Source: Parasitella parasitica NRRL 2501
Lineage: Eukaryota; Fungi; Mucoromycota
Direction: 5' to 3'
Assembly (NCBI GenBank): GCA_025201805.1
Contig: MU619336.1
Location: forward strand, 1 to 64,000
Length of the DNA: 64,000 bases
Positions 48,620 to 61,993 of this stretch are shown piece after piece. The notes under the pieces are model-generated. The model did not search any database. It was given only the letters and a program-made list of their open reading frames with translations, and had not been told where the DNA came from. The stretch's first letter is position 1, and each line of letters starts with the position of its first letter. A program made the translations under genes and the position numbers.

Positions 48620-50620
48620 TATTGTGCCACAACATTTTGAGCAAGACGAACCTGTCAAATCTGTTTGGCATTGACCTCATCAACCTAACCTCAAGAAAAA
48701 AAACCTCACAGGTATATAATCAGACAGCTCTGCTGTATATTTTTTGATGATGATAACACTGTGGCGCAAACTAAAAAGGTGTAGGGGGTACCGTATCTTA
48801 TTCTTGCTTGTCATTAGTTGGGCGATCCTGTTTCGTGCAATTCAATGCTATAGTGTGGGCATTATTTAAACATTATTATCATATAAAGGCTTTTCACCCA
48901 TTATTTTATTGATCAAATCCCCCAATTACAGAAAAAGATTGATTTCATGGTTTTTGACGCTTAAATTAGGGGAATTTTGCATTTTATCAGTGTTATTTCA
49001 TATATATGAATGAAGCCAAACCATAAAATATTGTTTATTTTGCTAGATTTATAGTAATAAACAACAAAATTAGGGATTAACTCAACGTAAAGTTATTTTG
49101 AATGGGTCAGTGTTTTTGCCCCTACATATGTCCATAATAATATGGATAACGATCATGATTCGGATATTATATGGTCATCGTTCCGTCCCTAAAAATTACA
49201 ATAAATTACCTTAATATCAGGGTTTGTTGCGCCGTAGTGATAATTTAGAACTATCTTTTTATACTAGCTTTCCAAGGATACATGATTCTGAAGATGAACC
49301 TAAATTATAGTGGATTTTTTATCAAGGACTTTGTGGCAGCAGTGATTGAGGAAGAGAGAAACAATGGCAAATTTGACGAGCGCTGGAGTTGCTTTTTTTT
49401 TGTTCTTGACATTGGATTACATATTCCTGAATCCGTATTAGCTTGGTTTTGATAATTGTGATCTTTGTAGAATGTCCTGGAGGGTTATTTGAAATTCATA
49501 ATCATAATCTTATCTTCAACATAGATTCTTTTTATGTGATGGCTCGGTTTATGCCGATCTATAACAAGTTCTTTAACACATTATAATATGTCAGAAGGAG
49601 CGTGTTTGAAGGACATTGCGACATTAGTGTTGTATCCATAGAATACCATGGGTACCACTATTTCAACTCAGTTGTCAAGGCAACCGTTCCTGATCGGATC
49701 CAAGGTTAAATGTCACCAACTATTCTACCATATAGTAAATAAAAGTAAACAGTAGGATGTCTTGTACAAGAAACCATCTATTTGGGTTCTACTCATTCTA
49801 AATTGCGAAGCTCAACTTATCAATGAATGATTCACATTCATAACGATTAGCTGATTGAATATAGAAATAGATCTTGTTCTGACTACTACTGTGTTATGAT
49901 CTTGTTTGACAATTTAAATGTAAAACATGACCTTATTGTGTTTTATAGATTGATTCTGATAGATTTAATCTAATATAAATAGACAGCTTCTTGTCAATCA
50001 ATAAATCAAGTAGTTTTTTTTGTATCTGGTAAATTAAGTCTTTATTACTTTCTTATTTTCTTTATATATCACAAATAATCACCTGCTGTGCTCATTTTCA
50101 AGACCTGGCACAACAATATTAAAACAGTTATGGATTAAAAGCTATTGTTTCGTTACACTCAGTAGTAGAGACGTGATAATGGTTTAAGGATTGTGTAATA
50201 ATAGAGCCAGTACTACATCATTTCGAAGAATAATTATTCTCTGAAGAGGTCGTTACGATCATCAAGTCTGTCGCGTAGATGAGACTAAACAGCGTATCAT
50301 AAGCATTAGCGCCAATAAGTGAACAAGAGCGTAATTATTCATATATTATGATGTTGGGTATACATGATGAAAAATTAATAAAAAGGCACAAATCTCAACA
50401 GATATTGGGATCTTAGTTGTGAACACATTCAACACTACAATTTGATCTTTCACAAGTCATCATTCATTATAAGGGTGTTTACAACCATAAACTAGCTCAC
50501 ATTACATACACTTCTATCAATTATTACTTGACAAGTAATATCTATGCATACTATTAGCAAGCGATGGCTCAAATAGCAATGTTAGCAACTAGATATGAAA
50601 ACATTTGCCATTAACACAGT
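48620..50620 (+). mobile_element. Highly decayed transposon-derived region containing repeat copy 2 (about 49628-50030)
   Basis: Homology to 430-1085; stop-riddled coding-like fragments, including 'TWHNNIKT' near 50103, which is reminiscent of the MULE 'ESWHNxLK' motif. Family assignment is weak. Confidence 0.45.
48757..49239. mobile_element. 483-bp non-autonomous DNA transposon (MITE) with CAC...GTG termini and 4-bp TSD ATAA
   Basis: Left end CACTGTGGCGCAA; right end TTGCGCCGTAGTG (reverse complement CACTACGGCGCAA, 11/13 identical); ataa at 48753-48756 and 49240-49243; AT-rich non-coding interior. Confidence 0.75.
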
Positions 50621-51070
50621 TTATCAATTTACATACCCTACTTGGGTAATTAACGCTCAATCTCAAGGGGGGAGGTTTAAACTTTTGAGCATCTTTGCCA
50701 CAAATATATCAATAATAATAATAAAAGCCGAATCATTCTAAATTAAACATAATTATGCTAAGAATTGTCAACCAACATAGTTTAAGAGAGAGAGAGAGTG
50801 TGTGTGTATGTGTCGCCTATCATTTTTTCAAGATGCATCTTTCGTTAGATATGCACATGTTGAAATCTCATTTGTATCAATCTGTATCCTCCATATCTAT
50901 GTACATTTGCTATGAGCTATCGCATATGCATATTATATAAATACATGCTGTAGAACAACAAGGAAGAATAATTAATAGTAATGTATATGTATATATTATT
51001 ATTATTATTAAAAAAAAAAAAAAAAAAAAAAGCGTTTGTTTTATACATTGGATATACATTAATTATTATA

Positions 51071-53209
51071 CTATTTTACAGCTACAGAGATTGGATCTAT
51101 TTTCTTCTTTTTTGTTGATGCGGAAGTTGATGTGGATGTGGATGTGGATGTGGATTGTTGTTGCTGTACCTTATGAGCCATAGCAGGTGATACATTCACT
51201 GCTGTAGATGCTCCTGTTTTTGGACGAAGGAGAGCCAAGGAGGCAGATTTCCTAAGTCTGACTTGGTGATTATGGCTACCCGCAGCACTGCTGGAGTCCA
51301 TAGAACTATTATCGCTGGTGGCGCTACCTTGTGAGTAGGTGGTCTGTATGTTTGATAACGAATCACATGTCAGCGACGAGGATGTAGATGGTGTCACAAT
51401 GATACTCGCATCTTCGGCCAATACATGAGATATGGTACGATCTTCTCCGAGTGAGCAAGGTGATGAGCTCAAGAGCGAATCGTCTGGTGATGTAGACAAA
51501 TACAAAGGGTCGTGATTGTTGTTTGGGTTGTGAATTGCAATCTGACCCGTGGATGATGGATGCTCGTTGTCAGCAGGTATTAACATGGGGGAATGTGAGT
51601 CTTTGTAGTGGGTATCTGGCTGTTGTTGTTGTTGTAATAATATGGGTGCACTCGCATTGGATATAATATCAGTGTCCTTGTCAAGAGAGCTGCGCAGCTT
51701 GGAAGGCAGTTGACTTCGATCTGGGACATTGGAAAATAGCTCAGGAAATGATTTTGCTGTGATGAGCAGTGCTTCATCTGCTTTATGTCTATCTTTCTGT
51801 GCTTTTTTAAAATTGACTGGAGGCGATGCTGAAACATTATCTTGATGCGATGCTGCAGCAGCAGCAGCATTGTTGTTGTTATTGTTGTTGTTGTTGCTGT
51901 TGTTGTTTTTCTGCCCTGAAGGTCCATCGTTCAGCTGTGGCGGTGATATCTCAAAAATACCTCCAACCCCATCCGTTGGGAAAAATGTAATGTCATCAAA
52001 GTGAGGCAAGACCATGGTCTCCATAATAAACTCTTGTATCTTGGTTTCGATGGCCTTGACCACCACAGAATAGCCAACCCGCTTTTCCCACACGACAGGC
52101 TCTACCTTCCACTCCATCTTGGGACATTCATGAAAGGCATACCACAATCGGTTTGTAGGAGGCTCCTTGATTTTGATCAGCAGTTTACCCTGGATTTCTT
52201 TCAGTGTGATGCCCAGTACGAGGTCGATTGTAAGTGGCCTTAATAAATCAGAGTACTTCCACTTGAGAACGGTTTCGATTTCAATTCGGAACCCTCCATC
52301 ATACTGCATGTGCGCTTCCGCAGTGAGTTCGCCTGTAGGACTCAGACCAAGCAGCTTTGGCTGTGTGAAACGGGGCAGTGAGTGACCTGGATCTACAGAT
52401 CGAACGGTAATCTCACCCAAAAAAGGGGGTCTTTTCGCATTGATTTTGTCCAGCTTTGTAATCACTTTTTTGTAGAGGGCATCCTTGATATCCTGTGTGC
52501 GATACACACCAAAGAATACCCTACCCAATATAGCATTCAGCCATTGCGTTTGAAAATGATGTTCGTCACTGTGCACCATGGTGATCAAATGATTCATTGC
52601 GGATTGATCAAAATGAGTATTGTCATGCATGACTTTGTTTCTAAGCAACGTTGATTTCGACGCACGAATGAAAGCAAAGTACCAATCTTCCTTGTCGATG
52701 CATTTATGGCAATTAATGTAGTATGTCGAGTCTTTGTGCTGCAGTTTGATCAAGTGCGGTTTGCTGTAGAGTTCGTAATCTTGGAGTCCGGGCGGGTGCA
52801 TTGCAACGGTGTGGTTGCAAAGGTTGATAACTCCTTTACAGTCCAATTGTTTCTCAGAGTCGTACAAGTAAAGCATGTTGTATTTCAGAACTGAGAAATA
52901 AATATTGGCATTTTCCCTTTTGCTTGCTTTTCCAGATATATAGTTTTTGACCATGTCTCCAATTGAGGCATCCGGTGTTGATTGGTCTTCATCCCGAGAT
53001 ACCTTTAGCCATCCCACCTTATATAGGTGCCCTGTACTGCTTTCATTTTCGGCCTTGTCTTGCCTTTTGTTTTCAACGGCGATCTGTTGAGTGTATGCAA
53101 AGAATTTGTCATGGACAGTGTAGACAATGTACAATGCAATGACGCTGAGTGGAATGAGAGTGAGCCCACCTAGGATATAAGCAAATAGAAACTGGAAGGA
53201 TATGGTCAT
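51071..53209 (-). CDS. NVJ2: Nvj2/TEX2-like TM-PH-SMP membrane contact-site lipid transfer protein, intronless
   Basis: N-terminal TM 'FLFAYILGGLTLIPL', PH-like 'LYLYDSEKQLDCKGVI..DKEDWYFA', SMP 'WLNAILGRVF..KEPPTNRLWYAF..ETMVLPHFDD', low-complexity tail. Confidence 0.9.
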   Translation of the reverse strand: MTISFQFLFAYILGGLTLIPLSVIALYIVYTVHDKFFAYTQQIAVENKRQDKAENESSTGHLYKVGWLKVSRDEDQSTPDASIGDMVKNYISGKASKRENANIYFSVLKYNMLYLYDSEKQLDCKGVINLCNHTVAMHPPGLQDYELYSKPHLIKLQHKDSTYYINCHKCIDKEDWYFAFIRASKSTLLRNKVMHDNTHFDQSAMNHLITMVHSDEHHFQTQWLNAILGRVFFGVYRTQDIKDALYKKVITKLDKINAKRPPFLGEITVRSVDPGHSLPRFTQPKLLGLSPTGELTAEAHMQYDGGFRIEIETVLKWKYSDLLRPLTIDLVLGITLKEIQGKLLIKIKEPPTNRLWYAFHECPKMEWKVEPVVWEKRVGYSVVVKAIETKIQEFIMETMVLPHFDDITFFPTDGVGGIFEISPPQLNDGPSGQKNNNSNNNNNNNNNAAAAAASHQDNVSASPPVNFKKAQKDRHKADEALLITAKSFPELFSNVPDRSQLPSKLRSSLDKDTDIISNASAPILLQQQQQPDTHYKDSHSPMLIPADNEHPSSTGQIAIHNPNNNHDPLYLSTSPDDSLLSSSPCSLGEDRTISHVLAEDASIIVTPSTSSSLTCDSLSNIQTTYSQGSATSDNSSMDSSSAAGSHNHQVRLRKSASLALLRPKTGASTAVNVSPAMAHKVQQQQSTSTSTSTSTSASTKKKKIDPISVAVK

Positions 53210-53524
53210 GTATAATGCTACAGCATACAATGGAGAAAAGAAAAATGGGAATAAGAAAGAACGAAAAAATAAAATAAAAAGAGGAGAAGAGTAGCAAAGG
53301 AGAAGGTAATTTATGGCAAAAATGACCTTTTAATATAAGCACAGCTCGTGCTCTTGTGACCGCATGGGCTCATTGATACTATATCAAGATTGACGGCTGG
53401 CATACACACATATGGTTACTCTTGCTCATTTTTATGATGTTACAGATAATCAAGTTTATTTTTGTCTGAAATGCAAATATACGTATATCTTGTTTGTCTG
53501 GGATGGGGGAATGATTCTGATACA

Positions 53525-53547
53525 ATATTATTATTATTATTAGTCTT

Positions 53548-53580
<33 letters not shown>
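53525..53580. repeat. (ATT)n microsatellite
   Basis: Two runs of att units between NVJ2 and the histidine kinase 3' end. Confidence 0.85.
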
Positions 53581-53597
53581 GAGATATATACGTAATG

Positions 53598-56500
53598 TTA
53601 CGATGGTAGTTGATTTATGGCGAGGGTGCTGATGTTGTTGTTGCTGTCGTAGCTTCTGTGGTGGTTGAGCGGCAGTGCTTTCTTAGCGACTCTGCCAATA
53701 CTTTTTGATTTAATGGTTTTGTAAGGTATTCGTCCATACCCGCATTCATACAGATTTGTTTTGCGCTCTCTTGCACATCAGCTGTCAAAGCAACAATTGG
53801 GAATCTCGTTTTTCTACCCTCCTCTCTTTCAATTTCTCTGATTTGCTTGGTGGCAGCAACGCCATCACACTAAATGTAGAAAAAGCACTGCTAAGTAATA
53901 ATCCAAACAAAATTTAATTGCATCTGTATATTACCTTGGGCATGTGATGATCAAAAAAAGCCATGACAAAGTACCCGTCTGGCTGATTGTTCCATGTATT
54001 CACTGCTTCCAGACCGTTGTTTGCGCACTCCACTTGGAACCCAAGCCGGGTAAGCTGTTTTAAGAGTAATTTCTGTGCAACAGGATTGTCTGCGAATGAC
54101 ANNNNNNNNNNNNNNNNNNNNNNNNNNNNNNNNNNNNNNNNNNNNNNNNNNNNNNNNNNNNAAAAAAAAAAAAAAAAAAAAAAAAAAATCGTACCTTCAG
54201 CAATCAGTATGTGCATTTTACTGAACAAGCTTCTCTCCTCATCTGTGATCAGTTTGACGTCGTTTGAACGTACATTGTTTGTGGTCGGACTAGGCAGCTT
54301 TTTGTTGAGCACTTCACTAATGGTACGAAGCAACTTTAAGCGTCTCAGAGGAACGGCCATGCGGATCGCCTTGCAAGATAGCTTCTGATTCGAAATGTGC
54401 TCGATCAGTCCTGAACCTGACTTGTTCAACACACCACCTGCAGGGTAGTTCATGATGATAATCAGGCAATCCTTGTTGATTTTACTTGCTTCCTCAAGCC
54501 ACGTAGATGAAAAGTACCTGTTGTCCGGATTCATAAACAATCCAACAATGATAACGTCGTATCTGTTCTTGCTCAGCAATTGCTTAAAGTCGTCAACCTG
54601 TTGGACACCGTCCACTTTAGTCCCGGGTAGTAAGAAGCGAATCATATCTGTGGTTGCCACGTATTTGGCTATAGCCAATACCCTCAGTGAAATAAGGGAT
54701 CGAGCAAGTGTTGAGCTTTCGTCGTGGTAGCCATCGGACTGGATGCTCTTGCCAGGCTGCGAGCAAAGTTTAGACACATGTACGCTAAAGTAGAAATCAG
54801 AGCCCTTGCCAGGCACGCTCGATACGTTGATCGAGCCAGACATGAGTTCTACCAGCTGCAAACAAATAGAGAGACCAAGGCCTGTACCACCATATTTGCG
54901 TGTTGTGCTGCCGTCGACCTGAGAGAACGGCTCAAAGAGTACCTTTCTCTGCTCGTCACTGATGCCAATACCGGTATCGATGACTTCAAACAAAAGAACA
55001 GCCTGGTCTCCCGTGTCTTTGTTTTTGATCTGAGTACTTGTGTCCAGCGAACATTGTATGCGAATTTCGCCCTCGTGAGTGAACTTGATAGCATTGCCGA
55101 GAAGATTGATAAGCACTTGTCGCAGCCTGTTTCCATCTGCCATAACCATCTTGGGCACGTTTTCGGCAACCATATAGGCAATGTTGATGTTCTTTTGAAT
55201 CGCCATGGCAATCAGCATCTCCACTACATCAGCAATCACGTCTTCCACAACAATAGGTGATAGATCCAATGTAACTTTTCCAGCTTGCAATTTTGAAAAG
55301 TTCAGCAAGTCATCAATGATCTGCAGCAGGATTTCGCACGATTCCTTGGCCGTTTTGACCAAATCTCTCTGTTCGGGGTCGAGGTCTGTCTCTGCTAACA
55401 GCGATATCATGCCATAGAAGCCAGAAAATGGCGTACGAATTTCGTGGCTCATGTTGGCCAAAAAGATCTCTCTTAATCGTGTTGCTCGCACAGCTGCTTC
55501 TTTACTCTTGCGGGCGTCTTCCAAGGCCTTCTTTTGCATTTCAATCATGCGCATATTCGCCATCGTGACACGCTGGACCGATTTAAACAGGAATGCGTTG
55601 GTGATCGAGATACCCATTTGCTGGCAAAGCAGGCTGAGAACTGTGATGTGACGCTGGGTAAAGATGCCGCTAGAGCCTTCCAAAAACACACATCCAGCCA
55701 CTGCTGTTTTGTGAATAATGGGCATACAGATAACCGACTTGCCACCAACACGCTCATACCAGGGTCCCACTGCAAACCGGGAATCTTGCTCGACGTTGTG
55801 GATAAAGATGCTCTCGCTTGTGTTGATTGTGTGGTGAATGATACGACTTGACACTAGCTCATCGTCGTCGGCTAACGGTCGAGGAGGGTCGAACGTCATG
55901 GATCCATCTTGCTGGCTTCCATAGGCGCAGATGCCATACTTTTCTTCTTTGACAATAATGGCTCCGCAGTCAGCACCAGAGTTCTCGAGGATGATGGACA
56001 TCATGGATTTGAGCAGACTATCAAACTTGACCTCAGATGAGATGACTTGCGAGCTCTTGAGGATGGACGCCATATCCAAAATGTCCAAGGTGAGCAACGT
56101 CTGCTCTGTTGTCACTGGAGGGATAGTCTCTGCAACAAACGGCTCGTTTAATGGATTGACAGGGCCCATAGAAGATGTGCTCCAAGTGCCCTGTGGACCT
56201 AAGAACGGGAACGGGTCTGTCTGGACGCCAATTTCATGAGATTCAACACGGTCATCATCGTATTCAGTCAGTAAACCGCTGTATTTAGCATTCAACTGTT
56301 GCGCTTTGCCATAAGAACCATGGTTCATGTACAGGCTGATTGACTTTTTGAGCATGCCATAGGCAGCGTTTTTCAAACCGGCACGGAAATAGAACCCACC
56401 AGCGTATTCATGGCAGATACTGAGCTCCAGGTACCAGCCACCGTTGCGGCTTTCATCAATAGCAGATTCGTAGAGTTGGATGGCTTTTCCAATGTCATTG

Positions 56501-59500
56501 GTCATGGTAGCTGCAATCTCAGCCTCGACCAGAGTATACCACATAACGTAGTTGATGCGAGAATGCACTGTCCATGGCTTCAGTCTTGCTTGGTTATCTT
56601 CAACCTGCTGCATGTAAACGGCAATTTCTTCCCCTGTCATGTCCTCTTTTTCAGTGCGGATCTTTTCTAAAATAGCAAGTGATTGCAGATAAGCTGACAT
56701 GCGTGTATGGCGATGGCAGGGATGGTTATGTCCCCCGCGAAGACACATGTAGCCAACGGCAATAGCGTATTCGTAATGGCCATAGAGGACCAAAGGAAGC
56801 ATGCGGAAAGAATCATACCAGTTCAAAGGCACGTCGACGTTTGCACTCTGCTTGCAGCTTTCAGCGATGAAATGCCTGTCGTTAAACCCGTCGTCGCCGT
56901 CGAATATCTCTTCTGCTGAACTGTTGAATGTGTGTCCTTGTAGAGCTTTAATAACACGGATGATGGACATGATTAGGATGTTGGTATCGGCTGAAGACGA
57001 CCAAGTGTGGATGTCGTCGTAGCAGTTTTCGGCCTCTGCCAGAGTGTCTGACAAACAAGAGCCAGTGTAAAACATGGTGTCGGCAATGTGCAGATGCGAA
57101 AAGGACGCATAGATACGGTCACCAGCAGACAGCGAGTACCTCAGACTCTGGTTGAACCAGGGGATGGAATCGCGGTGGTGGTGCTTCCACATGTTCAAAA
57201 AGATGCTATACAGGCAAATAGCACGGCCCTTTTCGTTGTTGCTTCCGTATTTTTCGGCAAGAATGCAGCCAGCCGCGCCCAGCTCTTCGCCAAACGAAAA
57301 GTCGTTGTAATATTCAGCGCTGCAGAGGCCCAAGAAAGTGAGTGCAATACCGCTCGTCGAAGTCATGCCCTTTGTGAGGGAAAAGTAGACCAATTTAGCA
57401 GCCAAATAAAACATCTCGGTTTGATTTCCTAGCCAGTAGGCGCCAGTGCACATTTCCTCAATAATGACCATAATCGCCTTCAACTTGGGATCATCACAAG
57501 GGCCAATTTTGCACATCTCATCGACACTTATTTCACGGATCATGCCAATGACCTTGGTATACACGCCGTCCAATTCTTCTCTAGTGTTGCAAAACCTGAA
57601 ATCATCCAGCTGCAGCTCCTCTAGACAATTGCGCAATGCTAGCGCGCCTTCTTTGTGCATCTGACGAGAAAAGAAATACTTGTGTTGAATACGATACGCT
57701 GTTACTCGGTCCATGGGATCGGAAGTGTGTTGGAATATGGCATCCAGGTACTCTTCAGTAGTATCATATTCACCAACAACCCAGCTCAGCGAAACAGCAT
57801 TGGTGTATAGGTAATGGGTGCGAGCATAGGAGCTGCCTTCCCAAGCATCGAGACTTAATAGAGCAATAGCAGCCTTGTAGTAGCTGAACGCCATCTTGTG
57901 AGCACCGGAAGCACGAGCTTTGTTGCCTGCTTCGTAAAGAATATCCTTGTAGCAGGTCCTGTGGTCCAGCTCACACACCAGGTTGAGGCATTTAAGCAGA
58001 TGGTCAGCAATCAGGAAGCTGTCGGCATTTTCTTCTATTGAGTCATAGGCTGTTAGGACACAATTTTTAGAACACAATTTTTTTTTTTACCATGCAAAAG
58101 GTATTCAGCAATTTTAAAGTGAATCTTTTCTCGACTTTTGGGGTTAGCAAGCTCCATAGCAGCTTGCGAGTATCTGTCATGAGACCATTTAAACTCGTCG
58201 CTTTCCAGAGGCAGAATATAACCTTCTTGCAGAGCAGCTTGCAAGCCATTGATGGGGTCTCGAGGTTTGCGAGCAGAGCGTTTGACTGTATTGGGCGCAC
58301 TCTTTGCAACGGATGATACACTACTACTGTTACTGCAACTAGAGCCATTCATGTACTGGGAGAACTTGATGAGAGGATGCAACGAGCTACCTATCGTATG
58401 GCCTCCAGACGACTCTGAAGAAGCAACAGTATCATCATCTCCGCTACGAAAATATTCTGAGGAGGTGGTATCGTTATCCGAGAACTCTGACTCGGGATCA
58501 GAATGCAGCATCAAGTACTTTACAGTGTTCCAAGAAAAGGTATCGCCCACAAACGAAGCCCATTTCAACAAACGCTGGCCGTCCAAAGGCAGTTCCTTCA
58601 AGCGGTTGACTAAAAAGTTGATGTCTAGCTCAGCATCACGGTCGGCACCGTCCTTTGTCATGATGGTCTGTTGGATATCTGTCAGGTTATAATCCCATTC
58701 GTTTTCTTCCCAGTTGAAAAATATGAGCTTCTTCTTTTCCAGCGTGGCCAGCAGCTGTGAGGTGTAGAATGCGTTTCCTCGAGTCTTTTTGTAAACAATG
58801 TCGGCTAGCGGTAGAATCGAGTCTCTATTCACCCCCAGAGGCCGGTGAAGAGCGTCGCTGATGTAGTCCACCACAGAGTCAAAATCAAGCGCATCGATGG
58901 AAAGAGGGTGGACTGTGGCATATTCGTTTGTCAAGAGTCTATCAAGAGTATCCGTCGCCTCTTGGTCGCGATAGGCGATAAATATCAGGATCTTGAGACG
59001 AGATCCAATCATGCTTTCAATCAACTCTAACGACGGTTCATCTGCCAAATGTAAATCATCCAAAAACTATATATTGCACACACTGTCAGTAACTGTATGT
59101 AAAAATGCAATGGAAAAAAAAAAAAAAGATCTAGTTTACCAGAGTCACCATCCGCCATTGAGCCAATGCACGAAAGACTTCAACAAATAAGTTGTGGAAT
59201 CGAATGCGTGTCTCTACATTGTCTAGGTGAATTTGATCTATGGGTTCTTCGGAATCTTCGCTATCAACAGGATCCAATAGAGGCCTCAATTCAGGCACCA
59301 AATCAGCCAATAACTCAATTTTATAGAATTGAGCGCCCAAGTGTGATTTAAGATGGTTGTAAAATACATGGATTTCGTCTTCTGATTCTGACAAGATTTG
59401 TTGCAAAATTTGAGAAAGTGATTTCAGAATGCAACTATATGGCACTTTGTGTCTGGAGTCGAATTTGGAGATGGCCACATAACTAGATGAGAACAAAATT

Positions 59501-61440
59501 GAGTATATCTACCAAAAAAAAAAAAAAAAAAAAAAACAAGACATCCAAATCACTTTACCCATGTTGCCTAGCAACATTTTGTACAGCATTAAATACGGTT
59601 GACTTTCCAACACCACCAGGGCCTGCAATAGACACAATTTCTACACCTTGTTTGTTTGCATGCTGTCTACCATTACCGCTAGATATGTCACTTCCGTCAA
59701 AGCCGCTGCAGTAACTGGGTGAAGCATTTGACTTTGTACCTGTGCCCGTTGTGCCACCCACAATACTACCTTCGTTAAATGAGAGTCTATCACTCAAGCC
59801 ATCGCTCACGCTTGCATGGCTTGCTTGAGGATCGCCTCCACTAGTGATGGTGCGTAGAGTAGAGCTTGTCGAATACGATTTGTCACGACGGTTTCTAATT
59901 GATTTATATACACCAGCGACGCGCTGTACGATGTAGGTCATTTCACTAATGATTCCCTGCCTCCCATATATTGTTTTGGGTAATGTAAACACCGAGGCAA
60001 CGTCTCTCTCTGCTAATGGAAATGGCTTGATCACCTAAAGGACAGGAACGAGTTAATTTTGGCTGAAAAAAAAAAAAAAAAAAAAGATGAAAACCAGACT
60101 TTACTTCGACACAAGAATCGGACGCATATTTCAAACGCTTCAAGCATTCCTTTAAATCAGCACGAATCCCATTTGCGCTATTGTATCTATCATCAGGAGA
60201 CTGGTCATTGTACGCAGATTAGCACACATAATATCGTCATAAACTCAAGGTCCTATGATTGCATCCTACTTTGTTTGTCATTCTTTCAACGATGCGTGCA
60301 ACCACCTCGGGTACGTCGAGTTGTATTTCATGAATCAAAGGGACTTTGCGACTCAAGATGCCATTTAAAATCTCTAGGGGGCCGCCATCAAACGGATTTT
60401 TGCCTGTCAGTAGCACAAAGAATACAATACCCAGCGAATAGATGTCAGATCGATGATCAGGAACATAGGTGGTGCGTCCAGTCTGTTCTGGGCTCATGTA
60501 GACCAGGAGGTTCTGCAGCATATCCATCGATTCCTTATTAGTAGCTGTCTTTCTCCAACCCTCACTTGTCAAGTATGTCTCCAAGGACTTGGTCCCTGAT
60601 CCAAAATTCCACATTTTTACTCGAGAAGCATCCTCGCCTGTCCATTGGAAGGCGGATAATCTAATTTCTCCATGAACGACGTTGTTGCGATGGATGAATT
60701 CTAGGCAATCTGTACATTTGATGGCAAAGCGAAGAAACGTGCCGAGATCATAGGTCGGTCCATTGCTCGGTAATCCAGCAGACGGCAACGGTTGGTAGTA
60801 ATAGGTGTCCACAGTCTCCGATTGTGCTTGTCGAAGACGTCTTTTCTCGTCATTGATGGTCGTATCGCTGCCATTGACAGATAAGCTTTTCTCGGAGCCA
60901 CCCGTGTATTTGGAGGACGAATCGTCTGATTGTCTTCTGAAATTCAAGTAGTTCTGTCCTTCGTCTGCATATATTACAATAGTGATTCCGCTTGGCAAAT
61001 GAATGTATTCCAATGGTCGAACTACCGATGATGGGGAGTGTAGAATGATTTAGCACTAGAAGGCAAGGGGATAATCCAGTATCTATGGTTACCTAGAAAC
61101 GATGATCCGTCGTTCAATTGATACAGTCTCTTCATAATATAATATTCCCTCTCTAATCTTAATGAATTGGGGGATACTTTTGCGACCACAGGCTTCTTGT
61201 TTGAGATCCTGTTTACAAGGGGGGAAATCAATATATGTAGTTTGAAAGCCAATATGTATGTTGGAATCAACTGCAACTAGCATACCTATAACCGAATACG
61301 ATATCTACATTTTCGCCATGGGCTAAACTAGGCACCGGGGCTGTTCTGAAATGGTAATTTGGAATTTGCAGAGCATCTCCAACTATACTAAACCCAGTAG
61401 AGTCGGTAAATGACCCTGTCGTTGACCCAGAGTTTGACAT
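53598..61440 (-). CDS. Group X-type hybrid histidine kinase (S/T kinase-like, P-loop AAA, helical region, GAF, HisKA, HATPase, REC), multi-exon
   Basis: 'YMSPEQTGR..DHRSDIYSLG', Walker A 'GPGGVGKS', 'DDLHLAD', GAF 'SVICMPI', H-box 'FLANMSHEIRTP', 'NLLGNAIKFT', 'DTGIGI', 'GGTGLGL', receiver 'FFDHHMP..DG', 'YLTKP'. Confidence 0.95.
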
Positions 61441-61993
61441 TATGTTGAAATGAAGTATCAAGCANNNNNNNNNNNNNNNNNNNNNNNNNNNNNNNNNNNN
61501 NNNNNNNNNNNNNNNNNNNNNNNNNNNNNNNNNNNNNNNNNNNNNNNNNNNNNNNNNNNNNNNNNNNNNNNNNNNNNNNNNNNNNNNNNNNNNNNNNNNN
61601 NNNNNNNNNNNNNNNNNNNNNNNNNNNNNNNNNNNNNNNNNNNNNNNNNNNNNNNNNNNNNNNNNNNNNNNNNNNNNNNNNNNNNNNNNNNNNNNNNNNN
61701 NNNNNNNNNNNNNNNNNNNNNNNNNNNNNNNNNNNNNNTTGGCTTGTGTTTTCATCGCAATTTTCCATTTTTAAAGGAAGGCGAGCGAGTGATAAACCGC
61801 TAAAATTATGGCGAAACCCCCAAAGGTTTGGTATACATTTCCTTTTGGTTTAGATCATTTGAGAATACTCATTCTGCTCGATATAGTACAACGCACAAAA
61901 TTCTCGCCTATTAAAATAGCAATCTTTATTTAGTTAGAGATGTGGTCATTATGATATACCTAAAGAATAACATGGAATATTTTCTCTTTTTGA

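Noticed and set aside
54054-54200. Poly-Phe/X stretch in the 1387-aa ORF translation
   Set aside because: It is an intron (gtacga...cgcag) with a homopolymer and N gap that happens to read through in frame.
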